DNA from: a virus
Reading direction: 5' to 3' (one strand)
IMG/VR virus record: IMGVR_UViG_3300048848_000007
Coordinates: 6,411 to 70,410 of that record
Length of the DNA: 64,000 bases
Numbering within the stretch: the stretch's first letter is position 1; each line of letters begins with the position of its first letter. Below, one piece after another: positions 7,733 to 16,619 of the stretch. Under the pieces are notes generated by a model. That model searched no databases. It was given only the letters and a program-made list of their open reading frames with translations, and was not told the DNA's origin. A program made the translations under genes and the position numbers.

Positions 7733-8224
7733 ATGAGCGACCAGAAACCTGTGCGGTATCACCAATCCCCGGTACGGGGTACATGGGTTCAGACTGAGCG
7801 TGCAGGCCATGAGGCATGGGCAGCACTCACTCAGGCAAGCCCCAAGGCTGCCCAGCTGATGCACGTGCTCGTTGCCAACATGGATGAGAAGGGTGCCTTG
7901 GTGACCAGTCACAAGGTCTTGGCAGAGCTGTGCAGCGTGTCGGTCATGACCATACGCCGTGCAGTCGATACCCTGACCAAGCTCAATTTCATCCAGACCA
8001 TTCGCATCGGCAGTGAACGGGGTGGTGCCTTGGCCTACATCGTCAACAGCCGTATCGCATGGGCGGACAAGCGAGCCAACATCCGCTACGCCAAATTCAG
8101 TGCCACCGTGCTGGTATCGTCTGAAGAACAGAACGTCCTCGACGGTCCCCCACTCCGTCAGATCCCCCGCATTCAGGTCGAAGAAGACCTGGAACAGACT
8201 CTTGAGTTAACCGCAGTGCAATAA
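7733..8224 (+). CDS. rep: Plasmid replication initiator protein, pBBR1 Rep-like (winged HTH)
   Basis: GTWVQTERAGHEAWAAL...LMHVLVANM...HTH...AYIVNSRIAW...FSATVLV...LRQIP parallels pBBR1 Rep as recalled (GHWVQTERKAHEAWAGL...AYVVNDRVAW...FSAAVVV...LRRIP). Confidence 0.82.
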   Translation: MSDQKPVRYHQSPVRGTWVQTERAGHEAWAALTQASPKAAQLMHVLVANMDEKGALVTSHKVLAELCSVSVMTIRRAVDTLTKLNFIQTIRIGSERGGALAYIVNSRIAWADKRANIRYAKFSATVLVSSEEQNVLDGPPLRQIPRIQVEEDLEQTLELTAVQ

Positions 8225-8232
8225 GGTGAGCC

Positions 8233-8421
8233 GTGAGTAATGAAGTAAGAGAAGTCTGGGAAGACGCCTACAGTCGTGGCGTCGTTGCCCGCAATGAAAA
8301 CCGCCCCAAGGTTCAACCCAAATCCTTTAACAAGAACTTCTATTACTGGCTCGCCGGATGGAATGACCGTGACATGGAATTGGAGAACCAAGGGATCAAC
8401 GAGGAATGCAGTAATGGTTGA
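8233..8421 (+). CDS. Rmf-like small protein
   Basis: AYSRG...P...WLAGW pattern parallels ribosome modulation factor (AYQRG...CP...WLGGW). Confidence 0.5.
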   Translation: MSNEVREVWEDAYSRGVVARNENRPKVQPKSFNKNFYYWLAGWNDRDMELENQGINEECSNG

Positions 8422-8608
8422 TACCCATGAAGTCTTGCAGTTCACCTATACCAACCATCGTGGCGAAACAGCGAAGCGTCGTGTGATGCCCGAGCGTATC
8501 TACTTCGGTACTACGCCTGATCATCCTCAACCTACTTGGTTGATGACGTCCTACTGCTTCGACCGTCAGGCGCAACGCACCTTCGATCTGAAGAAAATGG
8601 TGTTCTGA
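8414..8608 (+). CDS. Stand-alone WYL-domain protein (64 aa)
   Basis: FTYTNHRGETAKRRVMPERIYFG...WLMTSYCFDRQAQRTFDL follows the WYL-domain pattern; no HTH. Confidence 0.72.
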   Translation: MVDTHEVLQFTYTNHRGETAKRRVMPERIYFGTTPDHPQPTWLMTSYCFDRQAQRTFDLKKMVF

Positions 8609-9144
8609 TGAAGAAGCCGATGACGTTGCCCAGCTGGATGACGAAAGTTATCAAGCCGGGGCATATCACCCAAAGCTCCATGGATGCAGGCCATCTCGTT
8701 CTTCTGTTGGCTCTGAGCCTGCGACTTCACGACAGTGCCGATGAGATCCGTGATCTGTGCCGTCGTGTGCAACCTCAAGTGCCGATGGGCATGGTGCCCA
8801 ACATGAAGCGTCTGGCTCGTGAGCCGGATGACGAGAAGGTCTTCGAGGCTGCCCTGCTGATCATCAACAAGGGCTGCATGAAGATGGGCATAGCACCGGA
8901 TGTGGTCTTTGTCCGCAACGATGCTGAACCAGAGAAACCACCCTTCCTCACCGAAGATGAAGTCATGGACCAGCTCAAGGTCATGGCTGCCGAGATCTCT
9001 GATGCAACCACCTTGGCCCGTCTGATTAATGAGATGGTCGATAACGTGCCCGAGCATATGAAGGGCGCACTCTATGTTGTGGCGGGGTCCAAGAACCCCC
9101 GTGCCACTATTCACGCTGCTGTAAGGGATTATCAATATGGCTGA
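8608..9144 (+). CDS. Hypothetical protein (178 aa)
   Basis: TGATG coupling with the WYL gene. Confidence 0.7.
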   Translation: MKKPMTLPSWMTKVIKPGHITQSSMDAGHLVLLLALSLRLHDSADEIRDLCRRVQPQVPMGMVPNMKRLAREPDDEKVFEAALLIINKGCMKMGIAPDVVFVRNDAEPEKPPFLTEDEVMDQLKVMAAEISDATTLARLINEMVDNVPEHMKGALYVVAGSKNPRATIHAAVRDYQYG

Positions 9145-9385
9145 GAAATCCGTTGTTGAAGAATTGCAGTCTCGCAACGAGCGTCAACGCAAGACCATTG
9201 TCGAGCTGACCCAAGAGGCCAGAAACGCAGTTGCCAAGATCAAGGAAATCCAGATCTGGGAACGGTTCGCCGGTTACATGCTGGACAACTGCGAAGGTCA
9301 GACGGTCACTGAAGAGAACCTTCAGTTCTGGTTGTCCGAGATGCTGAGAAAGGAAGCTGAAGCCCTCAAAGGGGTGAAGGCATGA
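9137..9385 (+). CDS. Hypothetical coiled-coil protein
   Basis: 82-aa ORF overlapping both neighbours. Confidence 0.7.
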   Translation: MAEKSVVEELQSRNERQRKTIVELTQEARNAVAKIKEIQIWERFAGYMLDNCEGQTVTEENLQFWLSEMLRKEAEALKGVKA

Positions 9386-9876
9386 ACCTCTCCCGGCAGA
9401 GTCAGCTGCTGCAAAGCCAGTCCTCGCTGGCAAAGAAAGTCTTCGATGTGGTGCCGATCCAGGATGCCTGGTCGTGCAACTACATCCTCAGTGAGCTGAC
9501 CAAAGCCACTGGCAGCAGTCCCACCATCCATGCGGTACGTGCCTGTCTGGGCGACCTTGAGGACAATGGTCTGGTCAAACAGACCAACAACCGCTTTCAA
9601 CGAATCGCCGTCAAGGCTCAAAAGGTGACTTCCATGTCCGAGATTGCCCAATTGGTTCCTAAAGCTGAACCAACGAAAGAAGATACCTTCAGCCTGCTGG
9701 CGGACCTCTCCGCTGAGATGGTCGATCTGGGCAAGGATATGGTCACTCGCATGACCTCCATTTCTCAGCGTCTGGAACAGATAGCTCTGTCGGTCGAGAC
9801 TGAGCGTAAAGACAACGCTCAGGCTGCCGAGAAGCTCAAGCAGTTGCAGACCTTGCTCAAAGGTCTGACAGACTGA
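9382..9876 (+). CDS. Hypothetical protein (possible winged helix plus coiled coil)
   Basis: 164-aa ORF; VRACLGDLEDNGLV helix-wing pattern and a C-terminal heptad region. Confidence 0.65.
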   Translation: MNLSRQSQLLQSQSSLAKKVFDVVPIQDAWSCNYILSELTKATGSSPTIHAVRACLGDLEDNGLVKQTNNRFQRIAVKAQKVTSMSEIAQLVPKAEPTKEDTFSLLADLSAEMVDLGKDMVTRMTSISQRLEQIALSVETERKDNAQAAEKLKQLQTLLKGLTD

Positions 9877-9939
9877 TCAGCTTGTCTTGGGGGTGAGTGA
9901 CCCCTAAGATCCCCGCCCCATCCATGAAGGAATAGACTC

Positions 9940-10374
9940 ATGTGCAGTAAATGTGATGCCCGTCGCGTAGCCGTCATCTCCACCATCGCCGCTCTGGGCC
10001 AGAGTCTGGCTGAAACCGCCAAGATCCTGTACGACATCAACGCCAATAAAGAAATGGCATTGGTGCTGGATCGTGTACGTGAAGTGTTCGATCTGGACCC
10101 TGATCGGGTGTTCCTCGACGAGAACTACGATCTGCAAGCCAAGCCGAACGACGAGCAGGTAACCGATGCACGCACTGAAGGTCAAACCTCCGGTTCTGCA
10201 TCCTTCGCCGAAAAGCTCTCTGAGCTGCTGGGCGAGATGGTTGGCGATCAGCCAAAGCAACCCGAATACTTCTTCGTCACACCGCCCGGTGCGACCAAGG
10301 CAGAAGTGGATTACATGCTGGGTTACATTGCTGAAAAGCAGGGTATTGCAGTAAGTGATATCAAAGTGGTTTAA
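9940..10374 (+). CDS. Hypothetical protein
   Basis: 144-aa ORF with an AGGA Shine-Dalgarno. Confidence 0.7.
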   Translation: MCSKCDARRVAVISTIAALGQSLAETAKILYDINANKEMALVLDRVREVFDLDPDRVFLDENYDLQAKPNDEQVTDARTEGQTSGSASFAEKLSELLGEMVGDQPKQPEYFFVTPPGATKAEVDYMLGYIAEKQGIAVSDIKVV

Positions 10375-10420
10375 TATCTCCGCCTTGATACACCTCTGCT
10401 CTAGCCGCCGCTGCACCACA

Positions 10421-10444
10421 AAACCCCTCTTCGGAGGGGTTTTT
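10421..10444 (+). terminator. Rho-independent terminator
   Basis: AAACCCCTC-TTCG-GAGGGGTTTTT. Confidence 0.85.
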
Positions 10445-10481
10445 CTTTGCCTGAATTTCCTACAGCAAGATGGACCCTCCG

Positions 10482-11210
10482 ATGAAAGCAGTTTACGAAA
10501 ACCACTACCTCACCGACCGTGACGTAGCCAACTTTGCTCGCCATTCGTTTGCCGATCTGGCCGACAACTTCACCGAAGCCCAGAACAACAACCTGATCAA
10601 GTTTCTTGCCCGTGGCATGAAGACCAGTGATTGGGATGGGCTGATTGCCAAAATGCTGTTCGGCCTGCATGAGTCTTCGGCTCAGGATCTGGCTCGCTAC
10701 CTGCGTAAGATCCCGTGTCACTGGGTGCCATTCGGTCATCCACACATCTCGCTTCGCATGTCCGCCCCGGTGCCGATCCGTACCCAGTGCTTCAAGCACA
10801 AAATCGGCTTCGTGGAATCGGAAGAGTCTCGTCGCTACATCAAGTCCCGGCCTGTGCTGTTCATCCCTGACCAGTTCCGTGCCGTGGCTGAAGACGTGAA
10901 GCAAGGCAGCGGCGGTACTCACTCAGGCAGCACCTTCTGGCGTGATACCTACATCTCCCAGTGCAATCACATGATCGATCTCTACATGGAGATGATCGAT
11001 GAAGGCATCTGCCCTGAGCAGGCTCGCCTGGTACTGCCACAAGGTGTGGAAGTGAACTGGGTCTGGACTGGTTCGCTGTACGCCTTCGCAATGGCCTACA
11101 ACGCCCGCAGCGAGGCCCACGCCCAGAAAGAAGTACAGGATCTGTTCGCTGAAGTGGACCAGATCATCGCTCCACTGTTTCCTGTCTCTTGGGCAGCTCT
11201 CACCGAGTAA
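10482..11210 (+). CDS. thyX: Flavin-dependent thymidylate synthase
   Basis: PFGHPHISLR...KHKIGF.ESEESRRY...EQARLVLP...WTGSL; alternative start at 10470. Confidence 0.9.
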   Translation: MKAVYENHYLTDRDVANFARHSFADLADNFTEAQNNNLIKFLARGMKTSDWDGLIAKMLFGLHESSAQDLARYLRKIPCHWVPFGHPHISLRMSAPVPIRTQCFKHKIGFVESEESRRYIKSRPVLFIPDQFRAVAEDVKQGSGGTHSGSTFWRDTYISQCNHMIDLYMEMIDEGICPEQARLVLPQGVEVNWVWTGSLYAFAMAYNARSEAHAQKEVQDLFAEVDQIIAPLFPVSWAALTE

Positions 11211-11236
11211 CCCTTGATCGGTTTTTGTGGTCGTTC

Positions 11237-11266
11237 GCCCCTGTCAGAAATGGCAGGGGCATTTTT
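11237..11266 (+). terminator. Rho-independent terminator
   Basis: GCCCCTGTCA-GAAA-TGGCAGGGGC-ATTTTT. Confidence 0.8.
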
Positions 11267-11312
11267 ATGAACGCAATTCCACATTCAAAAGCCGAGCTTT
11301 AAGGAGTTCAAG

Positions 11313-13772
11313 ATGCAGGTTAGCCAAGTAGACGACCACCTCACACACGCTGTGATCGGTCAGCAAGAAACCGAAGAGATGGGCGTTGAAGACAGTGCTG
11401 CCCTGATGCACATCCTGTCCACCGGCCTGTACACCCACCCCAAGCTGGCAGTGGTTCGTGAGATCTGCTGCAACGGTTGGGACGGTCACATCTTCTCGAT
11501 GATTACCGATGTTCCGCTGCAAGTGGAACTGACCCAGACTCAGATGACCATCCGTGACTTCGGTCCGGGCATCCCCCATGCCAAGATCCGCTCGGTCTAT
11601 GGCACCTACGGCAAGTCCACCAAACGTGACGACTCCAAGTCCACAGGTGGCTTCGGTCTGGGTTCCAAGGCTCCGTTTGCCTACATCGACAGCTTTGAAG
11701 TTGTCTCCCGGCATGACGGTGTGAAGACCGTGTACCGTGTCTCCAAGTCCTCCATGGCCTTGGGTGGCAAGCCTTCAATCAACAAGATCGTGGCCGTGCC
11801 CACCGACGAGACAGGCATCTCGGTGACCTTCGATATCAAGCCGGGTGATTACCCAGCTTTCGAGCGTCACCTCAAGGAAGTCGCCATGCTGGGCGAGATC
11901 CCCATGGTACTGAACCAAGGGGAACAACTGCCCATGCTGCCCCTGATGGACTCGCCGACCGGCTACATGATCAACGAGTTCAAGGGCACGCTCACCGATA
12001 CCATCAACGTCCGTTACGGCAACGTGGTGTACCCGATCCCTCGGCATGAAAAGTATGACGAGCAGTACAGCTACATCCTTCGCAAGCTCGAAGGCATGGG
12101 CTGGCAGACCCGGATTACCTTTCTGGCTCCACCGGACAGCATCTCGATTGCCCCCAGTCGAGAGGCCATCATCCTTTCGGATGCGACGGTCAAGACCATC
12201 GATACGCTGCTGCGTAGCTTCGACGGTAAAGAGCTGAAGCGTGGGGATGAGACGGGCAAGCAGGTCATCAGCCATCTGGTGAATGAAACTCTGCATCAAG
12301 AGCCTGTAGCCGAGAAGATGTGGCAGGTCTTCAAATCCATCGAGGTGTCCTCGAAGGGCAAGCTGCCAGGCATCATGCACCCGGCAGGCATGTTCTCTTA
12401 CACTCTGCGTAAAGCCCGACTGCACCACATCATCCTGAACGCGAGTAGCAACGTGAACATCGATGAGGTGTACATCAAGCGTTTGCACAAGCTGGCGTAC
12501 AGCGGGCGTGTACCGCAGAAGTTCATGCTCGAAATCCTGAAGACGCTCCGTCGTACCGGGCAAAAGCAGGTAATGGTGCGGGGTGACATCAAGCAACAGT
12601 CCCTGCTGCATAAATCCCTGCACCGGCACGTCACTCTTCCTATCCGTCTCGCAGTGGCAAGCGAAGAGAAGCTGACCATGGACCGAGTGTTCTACACCGA
12701 TACCTGGGGGCGTTCCCATACGCCCAATCTGGTGAACCCACGGCAGCTGCGGATACGCAGCGTAGAGGAAGTTGTAGCCTTTGGCTTCAAGCGTGTGCTG
12801 TTGGCACGCAACAAGACACTGATCAACGACTTCTTCGATGGGTTGCACCGCCAGGCCCACAACCAAGGGGACTACAGCCGTACTTCAGCCCATGGCTGGG
12901 TGGTGTATCTGGTTCCGGCTCATGAGCCGACTCAGGACATTATCCGGGAAGCCTTCACAAAGCTCGGTTACGAGATTCATGAGCGTATCCCTGCCCGTGT
13001 GATACGAACCAAGGAGATCGATCCTAACGCTCCGGTGGCTGTGAAAAAGCCTGCCAAAAAACGGAAGACGATGATCTCTCTGACTCAGGCTTACAACGCT
13101 CGGGCTAGTCATTGGTTGCTCAATACCGGACGGGAAGTCAATCACAAAGAACCTGAGAAGGGTGTACTCGATCCTGTTGCCTTCGCTGTGCTCAACAGCA
13201 AATCAGACTACCCGTACCAATTCCACGGTCTGGGCACTGAGAAGTGCAGGATCATTACCCAGATCTGGGGCGATCAAATCGCTGTAGTCACTTCAGTTCA
13301 AGCCGAAGTATTGAAAGCCAAAGGAATCCCCGACGTGAAAGCTTTTGTATTCAACCATGCAGATAAAACCCTGTCGGCCAAACAAGACTTCCGTCGTTAT
13401 TTGGCTTTCAAGGCCCAAGGTGCTGGCAAAGAATCCTTGGAAAACAAAGTCATCAACCAGCTTTGTGTTCACGAAGACCTGATGAAAGAACTGGGCCTGC
13501 GTTTCGCTATCAGTGCAGAAACTGCACTGCTGGTGACGTTCTACGAGAACCTTGATCACTGGAATGATCGAGAAAAAATGCCCCTGTGTGACGCGATCAA
13601 GGCGAAGGTGAAGCCTTCTCCGAAGTATCAGGAAACCGTCGCCAAGTTGCACAACTCCCCGTGGGCCAAGTACATCAAGTTGGGCGTACTTGCCGTGGAA
13701 CTGGAAAGTGTCATCCCAAACAGTGCGGAAGCTGAGCTGCCGTACACCATCCTCCGCAACCTCCTGAAGTAA
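11313..13772 (+). CDS. rIIA: rIIA-like protein (N-terminal GHKL/HATPase)
   Basis: LYTHPKLAVVREICCNGWD, RDFGPGI, GKSTK, GGFGLGSKAPFAY. Confidence 0.92.
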   Translation: MQVSQVDDHLTHAVIGQQETEEMGVEDSAALMHILSTGLYTHPKLAVVREICCNGWDGHIFSMITDVPLQVELTQTQMTIRDFGPGIPHAKIRSVYGTYGKSTKRDDSKSTGGFGLGSKAPFAYIDSFEVVSRHDGVKTVYRVSKSSMALGGKPSINKIVAVPTDETGISVTFDIKPGDYPAFERHLKEVAMLGEIPMVLNQGEQLPMLPLMDSPTGYMINEFKGTLTDTINVRYGNVVYPIPRHEKYDEQYSYILRKLEGMGWQTRITFLAPPDSISIAPSREAIILSDATVKTIDTLLRSFDGKELKRGDETGKQVISHLVNETLHQEPVAEKMWQVFKSIEVSSKGKLPGIMHPAGMFSYTLRKARLHHIILNASSNVNIDEVYIKRLHKLAYSGRVPQKFMLEILKTLRRTGQKQVMVRGDIKQQSLLHKSLHRHVTLPIRLAVASEEKLTMDRVFYTDTWGRSHTPNLVNPRQLRIRSVEEVVAFGFKRVLLARNKTLINDFFDGLHRQAHNQGDYSRTSAHGWVVYLVPAHEPTQDIIREAFTKLGYEIHERIPARVIRTKEIDPNAPVAVKKPAKKRKTMISLTQAYNARASHWLLNTGREVNHKEPEKGVLDPVAFAVLNSKSDYPYQFHGLGTEKCRIITQIWGDQIAVVTSVQAEVLKAKGIPDVKAFVFNHADKTLSAKQDFRRYLAFKAQGAGKESLENKVINQLCVHEDLMKELGLRFAISAETALLVTFYENLDHWNDREKMPLCDAIKAKVKPSPKYQETVAKLHNSPWAKYIKLGVLAVELESVIPNSAEAELPYTILRNLLK

Positions 13773-13782
13773 GAGGCACATC

Positions 13783-15714
13783 ATGGAAAAGGCAACTGTG
13801 AAAATCATTGCTGCCAACGTGGATCAGTACAACCTGACCATGTACAAGGCAGACGGCACCACCATCAAGATCCCGCAAGGCGATCCCCGGATTCGTCCTC
13901 TGGTGGAAAAGGTCATCCCGGCCATTGAGGCGAACAAGTTTGCCCTGTTGGTTCAGGAAGACCTGACCTTGGTCAGTCACTATGGCGAAGCCGAGAAGCA
14001 ACTGGGCGGTGTCGCCAAGTTCTTCCGCATCGTCAAGACCAAGGTCAAGGAGATCGTGGACAAGTTCAGCACCAACACGGTTGAACCCTTCGGCATGGTG
14101 GGGGAAGTCCCAGATCCTACGGTTACTCTCGACGTGACGCCTGTCGCCAAGGTCGAGGAAGACGAGGACGACAACCTCAAGTCCATGCCTCTCACCAAGA
14201 GCATGGCAGCGGTTGAAGAGATCCTGCGACATTCGAGCAAGACCTCAGACGCTGCTTTCCATACACCGGATACTCCGGGCGAGGAAACGACTGTGGTGGC
14301 CGTGCTGGAAGACGGCACCATCATCCCAGGCATCGAGCAGATCGATGTTCAGTTCCGTGCTCTGGTCGGAAAGCTGGGCACTGTCACTGGCATGACCAAC
14401 TTCCTCAAGCGTCTGGGATCGGTGCAGCACAGCCACTCCGCCCAAGACCTCCTGAAGTTCATGGAGAAGGGCGAGCTGCCTATCGCTGACGATGGCTGTG
14501 TGCTGGTCTACAAACGCCTTCGTCGCAAGGGCGATCGCTACGTCGATTGCCATAGCGGCAGGGTACAGCAACGTGTCGGCAGCTACGTCTGCATGGACAA
14601 GTCGCTGGTAGACGCCAACCGCAGCCGTGACTGCTCCAATGGCCTGCACATCGCACGTCGTGACTACCTGAGTTCCTTCAGTGGTGACGTGTGTGTGCTC
14701 GCCAAGCTGGCACCGGAAGATGTGATCGCCGTACCTCACGGTGATGCCCGCAAGCTGCGTGCTCGGGCTTACCACATCATTGCCGAGCTGAGCCAAGCGG
14801 ATCACGATCTGGTCACCCAGAACCGTCCGATGGCCGATCAGGTGCTGCTGGGCAATGCCATCGCTGGCAACCATGTGGGTGTGATCGAGCGTGTCGAGAT
14901 CACCCAGCAATACGGCAGTGGCGTCATCATCACTCCGGTCGAGGAAGGCCACACCACCCCGACGCTGGAGGAAAACCTGAAGGGCGATTCTCTGGATCAT
15001 CTTCCAGAGGAAGTGTCCCCCGAGGGTACGTCCGTCGATGCCAAGGAATTGGCGAAAAGCCTGGCGAAGCCTGTTGAACCAGTGAAAGAAGAAGTCTTCA
15101 CTGCACCACCGGGCGGCGTGTACGTCTGTGAGGTCGATGAGTCCTGTGGCGAAGCGACTCCACCACCTGCCCCACCTGTGACCAAGAAATCCCCTGTCCA
15201 GCAACTGGTCGAGGCTTTCGTGGATGCAGCTACCCCGGATGGAAAGACGGCTGCTGCTCTCGCTCTGGTTGACCACAAGAAGAAGGTCAAGAAGAGCTGG
15301 ACTGCTCTGGGTGTACCGGCTGCTGTTGTTGATGCTGCGGTTGCCCGTATCAACGAGCACAACAAGCCGGAACAGAAGAAGGTCAACGAGTTCTTCGTCC
15401 CTGTCGAAGCCAAGCCAGAGAAGAAGAAACAGCCAAACCCACTGGCTGGCTCGAAGCTAGATGCCAAGGCACCGGCCAAGCCTAAAGCGAAGCCCGTCGC
15501 CAAACCGAAAACCAAACCAGCCCCGGAGGGCAAACCTGTGAAGCGTACACAGAAAGAAGAAGCGGCCCACCTGCTCGAAATCTACAACCGCAACCCGGAC
15601 AAGACCAATGCCCGTCATCTGGTCGAGTTCAAGAAAGCGGCGAAGAAGAGCTGGGACGTTCTCGGTGTCGATGCCAAGCTGGGCAAGAAACTCGAAGAGC
15701 GTGTGAAGCCCTAA
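13783..15714 (+). CDS. rIIB: rIIB-like protein
   Basis: LPIADDGCVLVYK, DCHSG, DCSNGLH, KLAPEDVIAVP; directly follows rIIA. Confidence 0.9.
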   Translation: MEKATVKIIAANVDQYNLTMYKADGTTIKIPQGDPRIRPLVEKVIPAIEANKFALLVQEDLTLVSHYGEAEKQLGGVAKFFRIVKTKVKEIVDKFSTNTVEPFGMVGEVPDPTVTLDVTPVAKVEEDEDDNLKSMPLTKSMAAVEEILRHSSKTSDAAFHTPDTPGEETTVVAVLEDGTIIPGIEQIDVQFRALVGKLGTVTGMTNFLKRLGSVQHSHSAQDLLKFMEKGELPIADDGCVLVYKRLRRKGDRYVDCHSGRVQQRVGSYVCMDKSLVDANRSRDCSNGLHIARRDYLSSFSGDVCVLAKLAPEDVIAVPHGDARKLRARAYHIIAELSQADHDLVTQNRPMADQVLLGNAIAGNHVGVIERVEITQQYGSGVIITPVEEGHTTPTLEENLKGDSLDHLPEEVSPEGTSVDAKELAKSLAKPVEPVKEEVFTAPPGGVYVCEVDESCGEATPPPAPPVTKKSPVQQLVEAFVDAATPDGKTAAALALVDHKKKVKKSWTALGVPAAVVDAAVARINEHNKPEQKKVNEFFVPVEAKPEKKKQPNPLAGSKLDAKAPAKPKAKPVAKPKTKPAPEGKPVKRTQKEEAAHLLEIYNRNPDKTNARHLVEFKKAAKKSWDVLGVDAKLGKKLEERVKP

Positions 15715-15730
15715 GTTGTTCCCCCTAAGA

Positions 15731-15763
15731 TGCCTCTAGTCTATTAGACTAGAGGTATTTTTT
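15731..15763 (+). terminator. Rho-independent terminator
   Basis: GCCTCTAGTC...GACTAGAGGT followed by a T-run. Confidence 0.7.
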
Positions 15764-15778
15764 ATGGAGGTAACAAAC

Positions 15779-16105
15779 ATGTCATCCGTCTATCGAGTCA
15801 ATCGGAAGTTTTCCGACGCTGATGTTGAGCGTCTGAATAGTGTGGGCTTGTCCCTCGCTACCATCGCCAAAGTGCTGGGCTGTCACCAGACAACCGTGAC
15901 CCTGCGGTTGAAGTCCTTGGGCATTGAACCTGCTGACACTCGCCGGACATTCATGGAGGACATTTTTGTCAGCCTTACCCCTGACCATCAAGAGTGGCTT
16001 GCTGACCAGCTGCGGGGCGGACGCACCATCAAAGGTTATGTCCGCCAGCTGCTGATCAAGGAGTACGCTCGCCAAAACGAGAAGTCCCATGAACAAGACG
16101 TTTGA
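15779..16105 (+). CDS. HTH DNA-binding protein (conserved in N4-like phages)
   Basis: GLSLATIAKVLGCHQTTVTLRL HTH; GGAGG Shine-Dalgarno. Confidence 0.8.
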   Translation: MSSVYRVNRKFSDADVERLNSVGLSLATIAKVLGCHQTTVTLRLKSLGIEPADTRRTFMEDIFVSLTPDHQEWLADQLRGGRTIKGYVRQLLIKEYARQNEKSHEQDV

Positions 16106-16562
16106 AAACTGCACCCTGCTGGATACGTTTTCCTGGTTCAAGAAAGCCCGTCCTGAAGCTACGGCTCAAGACTTCCGTGCCCAACTGGGTGTGCATCTGG
16201 AAGAGGTTGCCGAGATGCTGGAAGTGCTGGACGGCAGCGACCTGCGTACCAATGCCCTGATCGGCAGAGCTGAGCAGGCCATGAAAGAACTGGCCGAACA
16301 CATCAAGTCCAACAGTGCCGAGGACATCATCACTGTCACCAGTGAAGACTTGTTCCTCGACAGCCTGTGCGACCAAGTGGTTACGGCTACCGGCGTGGCT
16401 TACACCCGTGGCTACGACTTCGTGGGGGCCATGACCGAGGTCAATGCCTCGAACTTCTCCAAGTTCGATGAGCAAGGCAACCCCATCTACAACGAGAACC
16501 GCAAGGTCATGAAAGGCCCGGCCTACTTCAAGGCCGAGCTGTCCCCCTTCCTTCAATCCTGA
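16089..16562 (+). CDS. NTP pyrophosphohydrolase (MazG-like, N4 gp35-like)
   Basis: EEVAE, DSLCDQVVTATG, EVNASNFSK, KVMKGPAY. Confidence 0.88.
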   Translation: MNKTFENCTLLDTFSWFKKARPEATAQDFRAQLGVHLEEVAEMLEVLDGSDLRTNALIGRAEQAMKELAEHIKSNSAEDIITVTSEDLFLDSLCDQVVTATGVAYTRGYDFVGAMTEVNASNFSKFDEQGNPIYNENRKVMKGPAYFKAELSPFLQS

Positions 16563-16580
16563 ACCAACGGGATTAAACAG

Positions 16581-16604
16581 ACCCCTCTGCATTGAGGGGT
16601 TTTT
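16581..16604 (+). terminator. Rho-independent terminator
   Basis: ACCCCTC-TGCATT-GAGGGGT-TTTT. Confidence 0.75.
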
Positions 16605-16619
16605 CGTAGGAGTACCCCT

